NCBI GenBank assembly: GCA_965205865.1
Contig: CBDBHR010000024.1
Coordinates: 32,001 to 96,000 of the forward strand
Reading direction: 5' to 3'
DNA length: 64,000 bases
Source of the DNA: a bacterium
GTDB lineage: Bacteria > SAR324 > NAC60-12
Shown here: in pieces, positions 40,634-51,177 of the stretch
How positions within the stretch are numbered: position 1 is the stretch's first letter
Layout of the letters: each line of letters starts with the position of its first letter
Notes under the pieces: model-generated
What the model was told of the DNA's origin: nothing
Database searches by the model: none
The model's input: only the letters and a program-made list of their open reading frames with translations
Program-made: the position numbers and the translations under genes

Positions 40634-40769
40634 TTTTCTCTCTTCTCGGGTAATCGTGAAAGTTGGGTTGCATCTACAAAACGTCAGTGTATTTCAGGTT
40701 TCCGTGAGGAAGGGGGGACAATGACAAATAGAGATTTGTAATTAGCATTTATAATAAAATCAAAGTAAT

Positions 40770-40798
40770 ATTGTAGCCCATTCGAACAGGATTCTCAA
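40770..40798 (-). promoter_or_regulatory. Probable leuCD promoter
   Basis: TTGAGA-N17-TACAAT. Confidence 0.55.
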
Positions 40799-40859
40799 TG
40801 AAATAACTCGGGTAACCGGCCTGTTCATTGCTTCAGACTGGCAGGAAAATTTACGCAAG

Positions 40860-41642
40860 ATGAATAAAGTCATTGTTTCTTTTCTTATACTGGGTGGGCT
40901 CCCGGCATTGTATTGGATCTGGCTGTTTTACACTTCCAACCGCTATAAGCGCTCCAGCATCAAGCTGTTGGTTTTGCTTTTCTTGGGGGGGATGTTGTGC
41001 GGTCTACTGGCTTTGACTCTCAATCACATCATCGAAAAATACACGATATTTTGGTCAGGAGCCCAGGAAACTGTATTCCTGCTGAACATGTTCCCGCCGA
41101 TTCCGTTGTATCGTCTGGGATTTTGGCTGATGGTTGGTTTCAATGAGGAATTTGCAAAATTGGTCGTGCTTCTTCTTCTTGCCTATCCATCTCGGGATTT
41201 TCAAGAGCGATTTGACGGGGTGCTTTATGCAGCTGTAGTCGCCTTGGGATTTGCCACTATTGAAAATGCATTTTATATAAAGCAGTATGGCATGTCGATA
41301 TTGATCACCCGCACGTTGATCACACTCCCCACCCATATTTTCATGAGTGCTATCATGGGGTATTTTATGGCACAATCTCAATTTGCCCTCAAGCAGGCCT
41401 CCGGAAGGGAATTGATATATTGGCCTTCTATCCGACTTATTATACTAGGCTGGGCTATTGCGGCTCTCCTTCATGCCAGCTACGACAGCCTTCTTTCACT
41501 GAATTTGAATGAATTGGCATACGCTCAATTATTGATTATGGGGGCAGTGACGATTTACCTCAGACGTCGATGTCTTCAGCAATCCGAATTCGCCCCTTCC
41601 GTTGCAGGTAGCCCGGCAGCGGTGTCTCATAAGAACGGTTAG
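40860..41642 (+). CDS. PrsW-family intramembrane metalloprotease
   Basis: EEFAK, GFATIEN, H, LHASYD motifs. Confidence 0.9.
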   Translation: MNKVIVSFLILGGLPALYWIWLFYTSNRYKRSSIKLLVLLFLGGMLCGLLALTLNHIIEKYTIFWSGAQETVFLLNMFPPIPLYRLGFWLMVGFNEEFAKLVVLLLLAYPSRDFQERFDGVLYAAVVALGFATIENAFYIKQYGMSILITRTLITLPTHIFMSAIMGYFMAQSQFALKQASGRELIYWPSIRLIILGWAIAALLHASYDSLLSLNLNELAYAQLLIMGAVTIYLRRRCLQQSEFAPSVAGSPAAVSHKNG

Positions 41643-41693
41643 GATCAAGATCATTTTCACCGGATCTCGAGATTTCTAAATTGGCGCGGATGC

Positions 41694-41804
41694 TCAAAAA
41701 TGATTGGAACCGTGGTTTTCCTTCCAATGTTCATCCAAGACAAACGCGACCACTCCTAATACGCAAGCACCTGCAGTAATGGCAAGAATTACCGACAATA
41801 CCAT
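41694..41804 (-). CDS. Small single-pass membrane protein (36 aa)
   Basis: GGGAGA SD; MVLSVILAITAGACVLGVVAFVLDEHWKENHGSNHF. Confidence 0.5.
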   Translation of the reverse strand: MVLSVILAITAGACVLGVVAFVLDEHWKENHGSNHF

Positions 41805-41923
41805 CGAAAGTCTCCCGAATATTTTTTTTGAAATACGCCAAGCTCGATGTCCCTGAATTATGGACACGGTACCGGTCGAAATTTTCCGAATACTCAACAA
41901 TATCACGATGCCCCTCGGAGGGG

Positions 41924-43057
41924 CTAACGGGAAGTGCTATACTCTTTCAAGGTCTCCAGGGAAGCCATCAGGATATTGTGTAGTCGAGGACGGAATGTTT
42001 GCATTTCCGCCAGTTTTCTTTCACGCGAAATATGCACCCGGTTGGTCAAGGCAATGACAGCAATCCGGGACGGAATATTTATCCAGACCGAGGTTCCTGT
42101 GAATCCGGTATGTCCGATGCTTCCTGGAGGAAAAAGGCCCCCGCAACTCATATTCCCTCCGCTTTCTCTCTTCATATCCCATCCCAGACCTCGTGGGTCG
42201 ACATTTGGTGGATTGTGATTGTTTACCATGCTTCGCACCGATGAGGGGGATAGCACTCGCGCACCTTCCAGTTCACCTTCATTAAAAATCATTTGACAAA
42301 AGCGGTAGATTTCCAACGCCTGGGAAAAAAGCCCGGCATTGCCTCCTTCTTCTTCAAAAATGTAGCAGTTCTCATCATGCACGACTCCCCGTAATAGTTT
42401 GTTGCGGAAGGGACAATATTGAGTCGGGGCGATGCTGGCTTCCTCAATAATTCTCAGAGGTCTGAAACAAGTTGAATGCATTCGAAGTGGTTTAAAAATA
42501 TGAGTCTCGGTAAACCGAGCCAGACCCTGATGGGTCAGGCGATTAATGATTTCCCCCAATATGAGAAAGCCCAAGCAACTATAGACCATCTGCCGGCCAG
42601 GGAGACCTTCAAGAGGAATGGAGATAAGCTGTTGCCATGCGTCTTTTTTATTTGTGGCATCTTCGTAGAGATTTGCCCATGCCGGCAATCCCGAAGTATG
42701 GGTAAGCAAATGCCGAAGGGTGACGTTGCCTTTCTCTTCAGTTCCGAATTCCGGAATGAATGCCTCCACAGGATCATCCAGGTTCAGCAAGCCCTGCTCT
42801 TGTAGAATCATGATTGCAGTGGCAGTGGCGATTGGTTTGGTCATCGAGGCAATATCAAATATCGTGTTGAGGGGAAGAGTTGGCGCGTTTTTACCAATTT
42901 CCAACTTTCCCCAGGTCTGATGCAGGAAGATTTCTCCCTGTGCCGCAAATAAGAGCTCAATGCCGGGAAACACGCCTTCACGCAGTTGCTGCCGGATCAA
43001 ATCTTCCAGGTAATGATACCAGGTCCGCATGAAATCGACTTTGATGATATTGCCCAT
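41924..43057 (-). CDS. Serine hydrolase, beta-lactamase class C/AmpC-like family
   Basis: SMTK, LLTHTSG, YSC, VHDEN, GHTGFTGT. Confidence 0.92.
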   Translation of the reverse strand: MGNIIKVDFMRTWYHYLEDLIRQQLREGVFPGIELLFAAQGEIFLHQTWGKLEIGKNAPTLPLNTIFDIASMTKPIATATAIMILQEQGLLNLDDPVEAFIPEFGTEEKGNVTLRHLLTHTSGLPAWANLYEDATNKKDAWQQLISIPLEGLPGRQMVYSCLGFLILGEIINRLTHQGLARFTETHIFKPLRMHSTCFRPLRIIEEASIAPTQYCPFRNKLLRGVVHDENCYIFEEEGGNAGLFSQALEIYRFCQMIFNEGELEGARVLSPSSVRSMVNNHNPPNVDPRGLGWDMKRESGGNMSCGGLFPPGSIGHTGFTGTSVWINIPSRIAVIALTNRVHISRERKLAEMQTFRPRLHNILMASLETLKEYSTSR

Positions 43058-43308
43058 GAGCAGGATTGGGATGGAAAAGACTGCGCAGGTGGAAGGGCTT
43101 CTTATTTATTGGAATAATCGAACTAATGCTACTAAATACAGGCATGTTTGTCATCTGAAAAGTCATTCTTTGATTGTCAATGATGGTGGAAAGTAATTCT
43201 TATTTCCATTGCGGTTTGTTCAATTCGATATATATGTGTTAATGTACTTAACCTTTCGTCGTCCTATTCTCGGGGAAGCGCTAATAATCAACTCAACTTG
43301 AAAATTTC

Positions 43309-44373
43309 ATGAAGGTCCGAGACGCCATTTTGAAATTGGGAAACTACGCCCCTCCCCTGGAAGGGCGCAATCCAAACGATTATCTCCTGTTGGATTTCAA
43401 TGAATCTCCCGTACCTCCTCCATTGCACGTGATTGATGCCTTGGTGGAATTTATTCAGGACAATCGTCTGCAAACGTATCCTTCATATGGAGTCTTTTTG
43501 GAGCAGTTGGCAGGATATGCTCAGGTACCGGCCAATCAGCTGATTTTAACGAATGGTTCGGACCAAGCCATCGATATAATTCTGCGGGCTCTTTTGAATG
43601 AAGGGGACGAAATGATTCTGGCCAAACCAGGATTTGCCATGTTTTTTCAAGTAGCCGGCACACTGGGAGTTCGGGTGGTTTCTCCGGAGTATCGATCTGA
43701 CATGAGTTTTCCTTATGAAGAAATTGCCGATGCCGTGACTCCGCAAACCCGCTTGATTGTAGTGATCAATCCCAATAATCCCACAGGGACCCTGGTGAGC
43801 GCGGAACAAATCCGAAAGTTGCTGGAGACTTTTCCTGAGATTGCAGTGCTGGTGGACGAGGCTTATTTCGAGTTCACCCGGCAGAGCAGTTCCAATCTTC
43901 TGACAGATCATGAAAACCTGATCATCACCCGCACTTTCTCAAAGGCCTTAGCCCTTCCCAGCCTCCGTCTGGGATATGCCATTGCGCGCAAATCTTTTAT
44001 CGAGCACCTTTATAAAATTCGCGGGCCTTATGATGTCAATATGATCGCACTGGTGGCGGCGCGTGCGCAGTTTGCTCATCCTCAACCCTGGCAGCGGATT
44101 GTCCGGGAAATCATCTGTGAGGCCAAACCCACTTTGGAACGCTTTTTTGAAGCGCGCGGAGTTGCTTATTTTAAAGGAGCCGCCAATTTCATGCTGGTGG
44201 CCCCTGACGACGTCGAAGGCGCTATTGACTATTTGAAAGCCCACAAAATTCTGGTGCGCCCCATGCGACCTCCCATTGCCCACACTTTTCGCATGAGTAT
44301 CGGGACCTCGTCACAGACCCGACAATTCATAGAGACCTTCACGGACTTCTTGAATAACCATCATTCCCACTAG
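43309..44373 (+). CDS. hisC: Histidinol-phosphate aminotransferase
   Basis: NGSD, NPNNPTG, VDEAY, RTFSKA...RLGY. Confidence 0.85.
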   Translation: MKVRDAILKLGNYAPPLEGRNPNDYLLLDFNESPVPPPLHVIDALVEFIQDNRLQTYPSYGVFLEQLAGYAQVPANQLILTNGSDQAIDIILRALLNEGDEMILAKPGFAMFFQVAGTLGVRVVSPEYRSDMSFPYEEIADAVTPQTRLIVVINPNNPTGTLVSAEQIRKLLETFPEIAVLVDEAYFEFTRQSSSNLLTDHENLIITRTFSKALALPSLRLGYAIARKSFIEHLYKIRGPYDVNMIALVAARAQFAHPQPWQRIVREIICEAKPTLERFFEARGVAYFKGAANFMLVAPDDVEGAIDYLKAHKILVRPMRPPIAHTFRMSIGTSSQTRQFIETFTDFLNNHHSH

Positions 44374-44499
44374 AATTCTCCTTTCCTCGGGGGACATGAC
44401 ATACTGACCAGAGGCGAGGGGTGGGATATTTTGATCTTGTTTTTGGACCGGAGTCGTGTCAATTTGAAAGCTTTCCTACTTTACGGATATCCCTGTCAG

Positions 44500-44573
44500 G
44501 GCGACGTAGCCAAGCGGTTAGGCAGAGGTCTGCAAAACCTTGAACACCGGTTCGAATCCGGTCGTCGCCTCCA
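44500..44573 (+). tRNA. tRNA-Cys (GCA)
   Basis: GGCGACG/CGTCGCC acceptor, anticodon loop CTGCAAA, GGTTCGAATCC, CCA end. Confidence 0.97.
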
Positions 44574-44586
44574 CTCCATTGCAGAT

Positions 44587-44673
44587 GCCTGGGTGGCGAA
44601 ATTGGTAGACGCACAGGACTTAAAATCCTGCGGAGCTTGCTCCGTGCCGGTTCGATTCCGGCCCTAGGCACCA
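44587..44673 (+). tRNA. tRNA-Leu (TAA)
   Basis: GCCTGGG acceptor, loop CTTAAAA, long variable arm, CCA end. Confidence 0.97.
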
Positions 44674-44903
44674 TGTATGAGCCGATAGCTCTTGACACTC
44701 TGAAATACTCCGAAAAACTTGTTTGAGACACCCTCTGGTATTAAAGGGAGTCCCAAGCAATCAGAAATTTAAAAAAGAAAGGAGAAGGACAATTCCATTT
44801 GATGCCGTGCCGTTCTGGGAGAGCACTTACATTTTTAACACCTGGAACTCTGTAATTTTTCAGAAAGTAAAACCAAGCGAATATTGGGATTTAAGAGTAA
44901 ACT

Positions 44904-45890
44904 TCAGCCATGCATTTTCTTCATTCGTTCCTGCATGGCCCGCATCGCTTCGTCCGAACCATCATTGAAGGTGCCGAATAATTTATCCCAGGGAACTGCC
45001 GGGTTCCCGTAATTGCATTCGAAGTAGCGATGGTGCAGGTAGTGAAAGTAATTCCCCAATTTCATCTCAGACCTATTGACCTTGATTTTTTCGTATCCGC
45101 AGTGGCCCCAAGTCGGGCTCACTCCAGTATGCATCAAATGGAAACTCGCATGTATAGGATGCGACGGGATGATCCAATGGAGGAGTACTCCGGAAAAGTA
45201 GATCAGGTGTTCGATAGGATGCATCGAAAGTCCTGACCAAGGGCCGGTATTGGTGTTCTTGTGATGCAAATAGTGGGCTGACTTATAAAGCGGTTTCCAA
45301 TGTGTCAGTCGGTGAGCAAAATAGAAATGGTGCTGTCGGATATGCGGAATAGCCAGAAACAAGAGTACCATGTATAATGGAGAATCCAGCCATTCTATCG
45401 GGAAAAGGACATATTCATTGGCAAACATCCAGTATGTTATTGCCTCATATATTGTCCAGATTCCACAACCACTGACAATACCCCAAAACATATTGTCCCA
45501 GGTTTGGTCACCAAAAAGAAATTTGGAACTATTGGTTTCAGGCCATTTTGGATTGAATTTAAACCGGATTCCCTGGGCTTTTTGGATGTAAAGCCGAAAA
45601 TGCGCAATGCCGACTACCAAGACAAGGAGGGCGACGTTTCGAAAGTAAAGCGTGAGGACCCAGTCCAATTCAAAGGTCTGCATGCGCGCAAGGTCCGGGG
45701 TGAGGAAAAACCAAACAACAAGCCCTAGTCCAGCGTGAAAAAGGTTGACAGGAGCGAGCAAAAAGTTCTTCAACCATTTAAGTATAGTCAAAAATCGAGG
45801 TGGCCAGTCATACATAGTCCCGTTTGATTTGATCAGATTGGGCTTCCAATGATCCTGCATCCGACTATCGTTTAATGTTGTATCCGTCAT
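44904..45890 (-). CDS. Sterol desaturase / fatty-acid hydroxylase family protein
   Basis: HFYFAHR..H, HYLHH, MHPIEH, HYLHH..NYG; intact paralog of 16236-17258. Confidence 0.92.
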   Translation of the reverse strand: MTDTTLNDSRMQDHWKPNLIKSNGTMYDWPPRFLTILKWLKNFLLAPVNLFHAGLGLVVWFFLTPDLARMQTFELDWVLTLYFRNVALLVLVVGIAHFRLYIQKAQGIRFKFNPKWPETNSSKFLFGDQTWDNMFWGIVSGCGIWTIYEAITYWMFANEYVLFPIEWLDSPLYMVLLFLAIPHIRQHHFYFAHRLTHWKPLYKSAHYLHHKNTNTGPWSGLSMHPIEHLIYFSGVLLHWIIPSHPIHASFHLMHTGVSPTWGHCGYEKIKVNRSEMKLGNYFHYLHHRYFECNYGNPAVPWDKLFGTFNDGSDEAMRAMQERMKKMHG

Positions 45891-46220
45891 GAAAATTCTC
45901 CTCTTAATTGGAAGTACCTTAAAACGTTATTATGGAAGTTCAGTCGCTATTTACTGACAAAAATTCGAAATATCCTTTTAACTGGAAACTACGATTATCA
46001 AAAACTTAACAACAATTTACATGATCTACAAGTGAATGAACACGATATTCAAAAAAAATCTCTTTGAAATTTATTTTAAAATCAAAATTGTGTTTTCAGA
46101 ACTTCTTTCCGGAATAATTATTATTATGCGCTTCTCTTTTCGGATTTGATGCTTCTCATTCTAAATGTATCTTCCTGGTAGCATACATTTTTTATACTTT
46201 TCACCATTCCAAGTATCACT

Positions 46221-47453
46221 TTGGCGACTGTATCCCTAAAAAAAATATCCATTCGGCATTTACTTTTTCCTTTCTATTTTCCCGCATTGGTAATGAGTGT
46301 CAGTCGCGGAATGGTTTTTCTCATTGTGCCACTCTATGCCCTTGATCTGGGGGCAAGAGCGGGTGGCGCCGGTTTTGTTTTCGCGCTCATAGGACTCGGT
46401 GTGTTGATATCCGATGTCCCAGCCGGATTCACGCTCAAGCGATTTGGCGAAAGGCGGTTGATGGTGATTGGGCTGGTGCTCATCGGGTTTGCAGGAATCG
46501 GAGCCGGATTGAGTCAATCTTTAAATTTGCTGGGGATGGCCACCTTTGTCTATGGAGTGGGAACCGGCGTCTGGTTTTTGGCACGCATAAACTATCTTAC
46601 GGAAAACATAGTCATTGGCCAAAGGGGACGCGCAATGGCGATGATGGGCGGCATTGAACGCATTGGAATGTTTGCCGGTCCTGCTGTAGGCGGTGTTATT
46701 AGCAAGTATTTTGGATTTCAAACGACTTTTTTGATCTCTGCCTTTATAATCGCTATCGAAATCGTATTCATTCTGGTTGTCCTGCCTGCTGATAAGAAAG
46801 GTTTTGCTATTGTTCAGCCTCGCAGAATTCTCTCCCTCATTCCAAATATGCTGGTAGAATACCGGCAGATCTTCCTCACTGCAGGTATGGTTTCCGTAAC
46901 TTTACAAATGGTCCGGGCAGGACGTCAATTGCTGCTTCCTCTGTGGGGAGAACATATCGGTTTGGATACCGCCGAAATTGGCTTCATCTATGGCTTATCC
47001 TTTGCGGTAGATATGTCTTTGTTTTATTTGGCGGGCACTATTATGGACCGCTTCGGCAGAAAATGGGCAGCTGCGCCTTGTCTCCTCATTTTATCTTCCA
47101 GTCTCATCCTGCTTCCCATGTCTCAGGATTTTATTTCATTACTGCTGGTGGGAATCTTGGCCGGCGTGGGCAATGGATGTGGCGCAGGGATTATCATGAC
47201 TTTGGGGGCTGATCTTTCTCCCCGCAAAAACCGCAGTGAATTTTTAGGAGTGTGGCGATTGATTGGAGACGCTGGTGGAACGGTCGGCCCTTTAATCATT
47301 GGGGGAATAAGTAAATTGTTTTTACTCGGTATTGCTTCGATCCTCACGGGAGGTATCGGTTTGATTGGAGCCGTTATACTGGTCTTTTATGTTCGCGAAA
47401 CAGCGGTCAAAGTAGAGAAAATATTTATTTCCGAAAAAGATCGTACAAAATGA
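46221..47453 (+). CDS. MFS transporter
   Basis: About 12 hydrophobic segments; G..MDRFGRK motif A. Confidence 0.9.
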   Translation: MATVSLKKISIRHLLFPFYFPALVMSVSRGMVFLIVPLYALDLGARAGGAGFVFALIGLGVLISDVPAGFTLKRFGERRLMVIGLVLIGFAGIGAGLSQSLNLLGMATFVYGVGTGVWFLARINYLTENIVIGQRGRAMAMMGGIERIGMFAGPAVGGVISKYFGFQTTFLISAFIIAIEIVFILVVLPADKKGFAIVQPRRILSLIPNMLVEYRQIFLTAGMVSVTLQMVRAGRQLLLPLWGEHIGLDTAEIGFIYGLSFAVDMSLFYLAGTIMDRFGRKWAAAPCLLILSSSLILLPMSQDFISLLLVGILAGVGNGCGAGIIMTLGADLSPRKNRSEFLGVWRLIGDAGGTVGPLIIGGISKLFLLGIASILTGGIGLIGAVILVFYVRETAVKVEKIFISEKDRTK

Positions 47454-47599
47454 GTAAATCGTAATTCAGAACAGTAAGACCGTAGTACCCCTCCGGAAAT
47501 TGAAATGAAAAAAAAGATTGGATCCACTTCAACATTTTTCTCAATTTCCTCCCAAAAGGATTTTGAACTAGTAAAAGTTCTCGCGAATCCCTATTATTC

Positions 47600-47676
47600 T
47601 GGTGCGCCCAGGAGGAATCGAACCCCCAGCCTTCGGAACCGGAATCCGACGCTCTATCCGATTGAGCTATGAGCGC
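47600..47676 (-). tRNA. tRNA-Arg (CCG)
   Basis: GCGCTCA/TGGGCGC acceptor, loop TTCCGGT, CCA end. Confidence 0.96.
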
Positions 47677-47714
47677 ACTTCAATTTAAAGTAAATTTTTT
47701 CTCTCATGGCATCG

Positions 47715-49577
47715 TTATCGATCCAGATGAAATTGGGAAGCATCTTCCATAAAGCGATACATGCGGGGGAGCAACTCCAGAGGATTGTCCAACAACCCTT
47801 CCACCAACAAGACGTTGTTGAATAATTGTTCCACATACTCCTTTAAAAAAGGGGAATCCTTGTCCTTTTTCAGCAGGCGGGCCATGTTTTGAATGAGGGC
47901 GTGATTGGGATTGATTTCCAGATTCCTCTTGGAAATTTCAAAATCCTTGTTGACCGCTTTCATCATCTTCTCCATGTGGGAACTCATGCTGTCTTTCGGA
48001 TTGATCAAAGAACAAGGACTACCAACCAATCTTTTGGACTGGATTACATCAGCAACTCTGTCTCCCAACTGTGCTTTGATATATTCGATGATTGTTTTGG
48101 CTTCGTCTTTTGAAAACTCATCGTGGGTATTGTTTTTTTCTTCTACGTTGATATCAGCTTGAGAAATACTCTTGAGGGGCTTCCCCTGATACTCTCTCAA
48201 TTCCATCATAAGAAAATCATCAACATGGTCATACAGATAGAGCACTTCCAATCCATTTTCTTTAAAATATTCCAAATTGGGATTGTGCAGGATGGCATCC
48301 CGAGAAGGTCCGATAACGTAGTAAATTTCTTTTTGTTCCTCCCGTATTCGCTTTTGTACGTCTTCCAGCGAAGTAATTTCTTCGGCAGTTTCAAAAATCG
48401 AAGAATTGAAACGCAGTAATTCCACCAGCTTTTCACGGTTGCTATATTCCCCACTGACCCCTTCTTTGAGGAAAATGCCAAATCTTTTCCAAAATTGGTT
48501 GTATTTTTCCACATTGGATTCCGCCAGGTTCCGCAGTTCTTTCAAGAATCTTGAAACCAAGCTTTTTTTGATTTTCTCCAGCAAGGCATTATGATGAATG
48601 CTTTCCCGCGATACATTCAAAGGCAAATCTTCCGAATCCACGACCCCTCGCACAAAACGCAGGAAAGGCGGCAGCAGGTTTTTGTTTTCACTCTGAATGA
48701 AAACGCGTTGCGCATATAAGTTGATGCCCGTACTTTCCCGGGCGTAAAGCACTTCATTGCCCACTTCCTCGGGAATAAAAAGCAAAGCAAAATATTGAAT
48801 GGGCGCATCTATGGAAAGATGTTGGGAAAAAAAAGGAGCCCTATAATCATGGGAAAGCTGTTTATAAAACTCATCATAATCAGATTGTTCAATTTCGCTT
48901 TTGGCCAGAGTCCAAAGTGCTTTGACTCGATTTACGGTTTTGTCTTTCAGGATGACGGGAAAAGGAATGTAATCCGAATATTTTTTTATGATAGTCTCCA
49001 AACGAAAATCACTGCAAAATTCGTGTGCGTCGTCTTTCAGAAACACTTTGATCGTGGTGCCGCGATTGGACATTTCAAGAGGACGCAATTCGTATTGTCC
49101 GCTTCCCTGTGAACTCCATTGCCAGCCTTGTTCATCCTCGAGAAAGGAGCGGGTTTCCAAAACAACTTTTTTTGCAACCATGAATACTGAATAAAATCCC
49201 ACCCCAAACTGGCCAATCAAATTGTTTGCCTTGTCTTGATCCTCTTTGAGCGTCTTCAGAAACTGCAAAGTACCGGAACTGGCAATTTTTCCGATATTAT
49301 CTATGATTTCTTGACGTGTCATTCCAATACCGGTATCGGTGACGATCACCGTTTTTTCTTTGTCATCGAAGGAAATTTTAATTTCCAGTTCACAGTCTTT
49401 TTCCAAAACGTCTTCGGTGGTAAGAGCCATGAATTGCATTTTACTCAAGGCATCCGAGGCATTGGAAATCAATTCTCTCAGGAAAATTTCGCGTTCGGTG
49501 TATAAAGAATGCGCGAGAATATCGAGGATTTTTTGCATCTCCGCTTGATATTCGTGGACTTCCTTATTTTCGCTCAT
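47715..49577 (-). CDS. htpG: Chaperone HtpG (Hsp90)
   Basis: FLRELISNASDA, DTGIGM, IGQFGVGFYS, PLNVSRE. Confidence 0.98.
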   Translation of the reverse strand: MSENKEVHEYQAEMQKILDILAHSLYTEREIFLRELISNASDALSKMQFMALTTEDVLEKDCELEIKISFDDKEKTVIVTDTGIGMTRQEIIDNIGKIASSGTLQFLKTLKEDQDKANNLIGQFGVGFYSVFMVAKKVVLETRSFLEDEQGWQWSSQGSGQYELRPLEMSNRGTTIKVFLKDDAHEFCSDFRLETIIKKYSDYIPFPVILKDKTVNRVKALWTLAKSEIEQSDYDEFYKQLSHDYRAPFFSQHLSIDAPIQYFALLFIPEEVGNEVLYARESTGINLYAQRVFIQSENKNLLPPFLRFVRGVVDSEDLPLNVSRESIHHNALLEKIKKSLVSRFLKELRNLAESNVEKYNQFWKRFGIFLKEGVSGEYSNREKLVELLRFNSSIFETAEEITSLEDVQKRIREEQKEIYYVIGPSRDAILHNPNLEYFKENGLEVLYLYDHVDDFLMMELREYQGKPLKSISQADINVEEKNNTHDEFSKDEAKTIIEYIKAQLGDRVADVIQSKRLVGSPCSLINPKDSMSSHMEKMMKAVNKDFEISKRNLEINPNHALIQNMARLLKKDKDSPFLKEYVEQLFNNVLLVEGLLDNPLELLPRMYRFMEDASQFHLDR

Positions 49578-49850
49578 AGGTTCAACTCCTTTTCAATGAT
49601 AATTTATGCAATGAACAACATATGTAAAATGGTGTATTTTGATGAAATTTTAAAACTCTTTTTCATGATCCTCCAGGTCAAGAAAGTCTTTCGACATGCG
49701 GGTCACACTCCAAGACAGAGCAGGAAGATCCGTATCAATTGTATCATGAGTCCAAGAACAGAACCCTGGCAATTGTTTGGGTAGTTTAATTATGAAGATA
49801 CTTCCCAAACTGGGGAATGAGAGAGCGGAAAGATTGCTATGAAACGCAGT

Positions 49851-50117
49851 TTATGCGAGTTTCTTGTTCACCGCCCGCATGAGGCGTGACTTTTTCCGGG
49901 CCGCTGTTTTAACATGTAAAACACCTTTGGATACAGCCTTGTCAATTGTTTTTTGGATACGACTGTATGCACTTTTTATTTGTTTCGCCTCGCCATCTTC
50001 CAGCAAGTCTATAAATTTCCTGATGGTCGATCGTAGATTTGCACGCAAGGGACGGTTACGCAGATTTTGTTTGGCTGTTTGACGAATGCGTTTCAACGCG
50101 GATTTATGATGTGCCAT
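49851..50117 (-). CDS. rpsT: 30S ribosomal protein S20
   Basis: KSALKRIRQ, DKAVSKGVLH..AARKKSRL. Confidence 0.96.
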   Translation of the reverse strand: MAHHKSALKRIRQTAKQNLRNRPLRANLRSTIRKFIDLLEDGEAKQIKSAYSRIQKTIDKAVSKGVLHVKTAARKKSRLMRAVNKKLA

Positions 50118-50125
50118 TTTCTTTC

Positions 50126-50485
50126 CTATAAGGCGTTTATGAAATGTTCAACTCTTGGTGATCGATTGGGGAACAGTTGAATAGCAATTACATCAAAACG
50201 GGGTTGAAATTGGTACAAATGCTTTTCATGCATGTACCACAAACCGAGTTGACGCATTTTCTTTATTTTTCTGGCCGTGATAGAAACTGTTGGATGGAGG
50301 TCAGCGCTTCCACTCCGTGTTTTCACTTCACAAAAAATCAAATACTCCCCTGTACGGGCAACAATATCAATCTCTCCCACTTTGCAGTAAAAATTACGCT
50401 CTATGATGAGATAATTTAATTGCTGAAGGAAGGCGCAGGCGAGATCCTCGCCCAATTGTCCTGTCTGCCGACGTGTTTTCGTCAT
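50126..50485 (-). CDS. yraN: YraN (UPF0102) family protein
   Basis: G.LGEDLA, GEIDIV, EVKTR, RFDVI; ATGA overlap with rnhB. Confidence 0.9.
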   Translation of the reverse strand: MTKTRRQTGQLGEDLACAFLQQLNYLIIERNFYCKVGEIDIVARTGEYLIFCEVKTRSGSADLHPTVSITARKIKKMRQLGLWYMHEKHLYQFQPRFDVIAIQLFPNRSPRVEHFINAL

Positions 50486-51177
50486 GGAGACATTGTTCCA
50501 AATAAATGCAACTGCCGCTGCAGCTTTCGTGAGGGTGGCGATCCACAAAAACAGCGGAAAGTTCGGCGATGAATGGGACTGAGCCCATGGGTTTCAACCG
50601 CCTTTCTGTGTTGCAGGGTTGCATATCCTTTGTGCTGCCCGAATCCCCATTCAGGGTAGATTCGGCCAAATTCTGTCATGATCCGATCCCGAGTGACTTT
50701 TGCCAGAATGGAAGCCGCCGCAATACTGTACGACTTTTCATCTCCTTTGACGATTGTTTGTCCCTCAATGTCAACTGGCGGGTATTGGTTTCCGTCTGCC
50801 AGCACATAGTGGGGATGGACCTTCAATTCCTTGAGAACACGTTTCATTCCGAGCAGGGTTGCTTGTAAGATATTGATCTGATCTATCTTTTCCGGGGAGA
50901 TAGATACAATTCGATAGGCCATTGCTTCCTGACGAATGACATCAAACAAACGATCTCTTAACACTGCAGACAATTTTTTGGAATCATTCAAGGGATGATT
51001 GCAATCCCATTTTTCGCCTAAAATGACCGCTGCAATCACTACGGGCCCGGCAATCGGGCCCCGTCCTGCTTCATCCACACCGGCAACGTGTTGATATCCT
51101 CGCTTCCAAGCTTGTATTTCCAACTCAAGACTTGGGACGGTGCGTGATTTTTTCAGCAATTCTTGCCGCTTTTCCAC
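50482..51177 (-). CDS. rnhB: Ribonuclease HII (start uncertain: GTG 51177 or TTG 51123)
   Basis: [36 protein letters not shown]. Confidence 0.95.
   Translation of the reverse strand: MEKRQELLKKSRTVPSLELEIQAWKRGYQHVAGVDEAGRGPIAGPVVIAAVILGEKWDCNHPLNDSKKLSAVLRDRLFDVIRQEAMAYRIVSISPEKIDQINILQATLLGMKRVLKELKVHPHYVLADGNQYPPVDIEGQTIVKGDEKSYSIAAASILAKVTRDRIMTEFGRIYPEWGFGQHKGYATLQHRKAVETHGLSPIHRRTFRCFCGSPPSRKLQRQLHLFGTMSP

Noticed and set aside
51121-51177. Programmed rplS-rnhB frameshift fusion at an A6 run
   Set aside because: Overlap is explained more simply by a GTG or TTG start; no stimulatory signal seen
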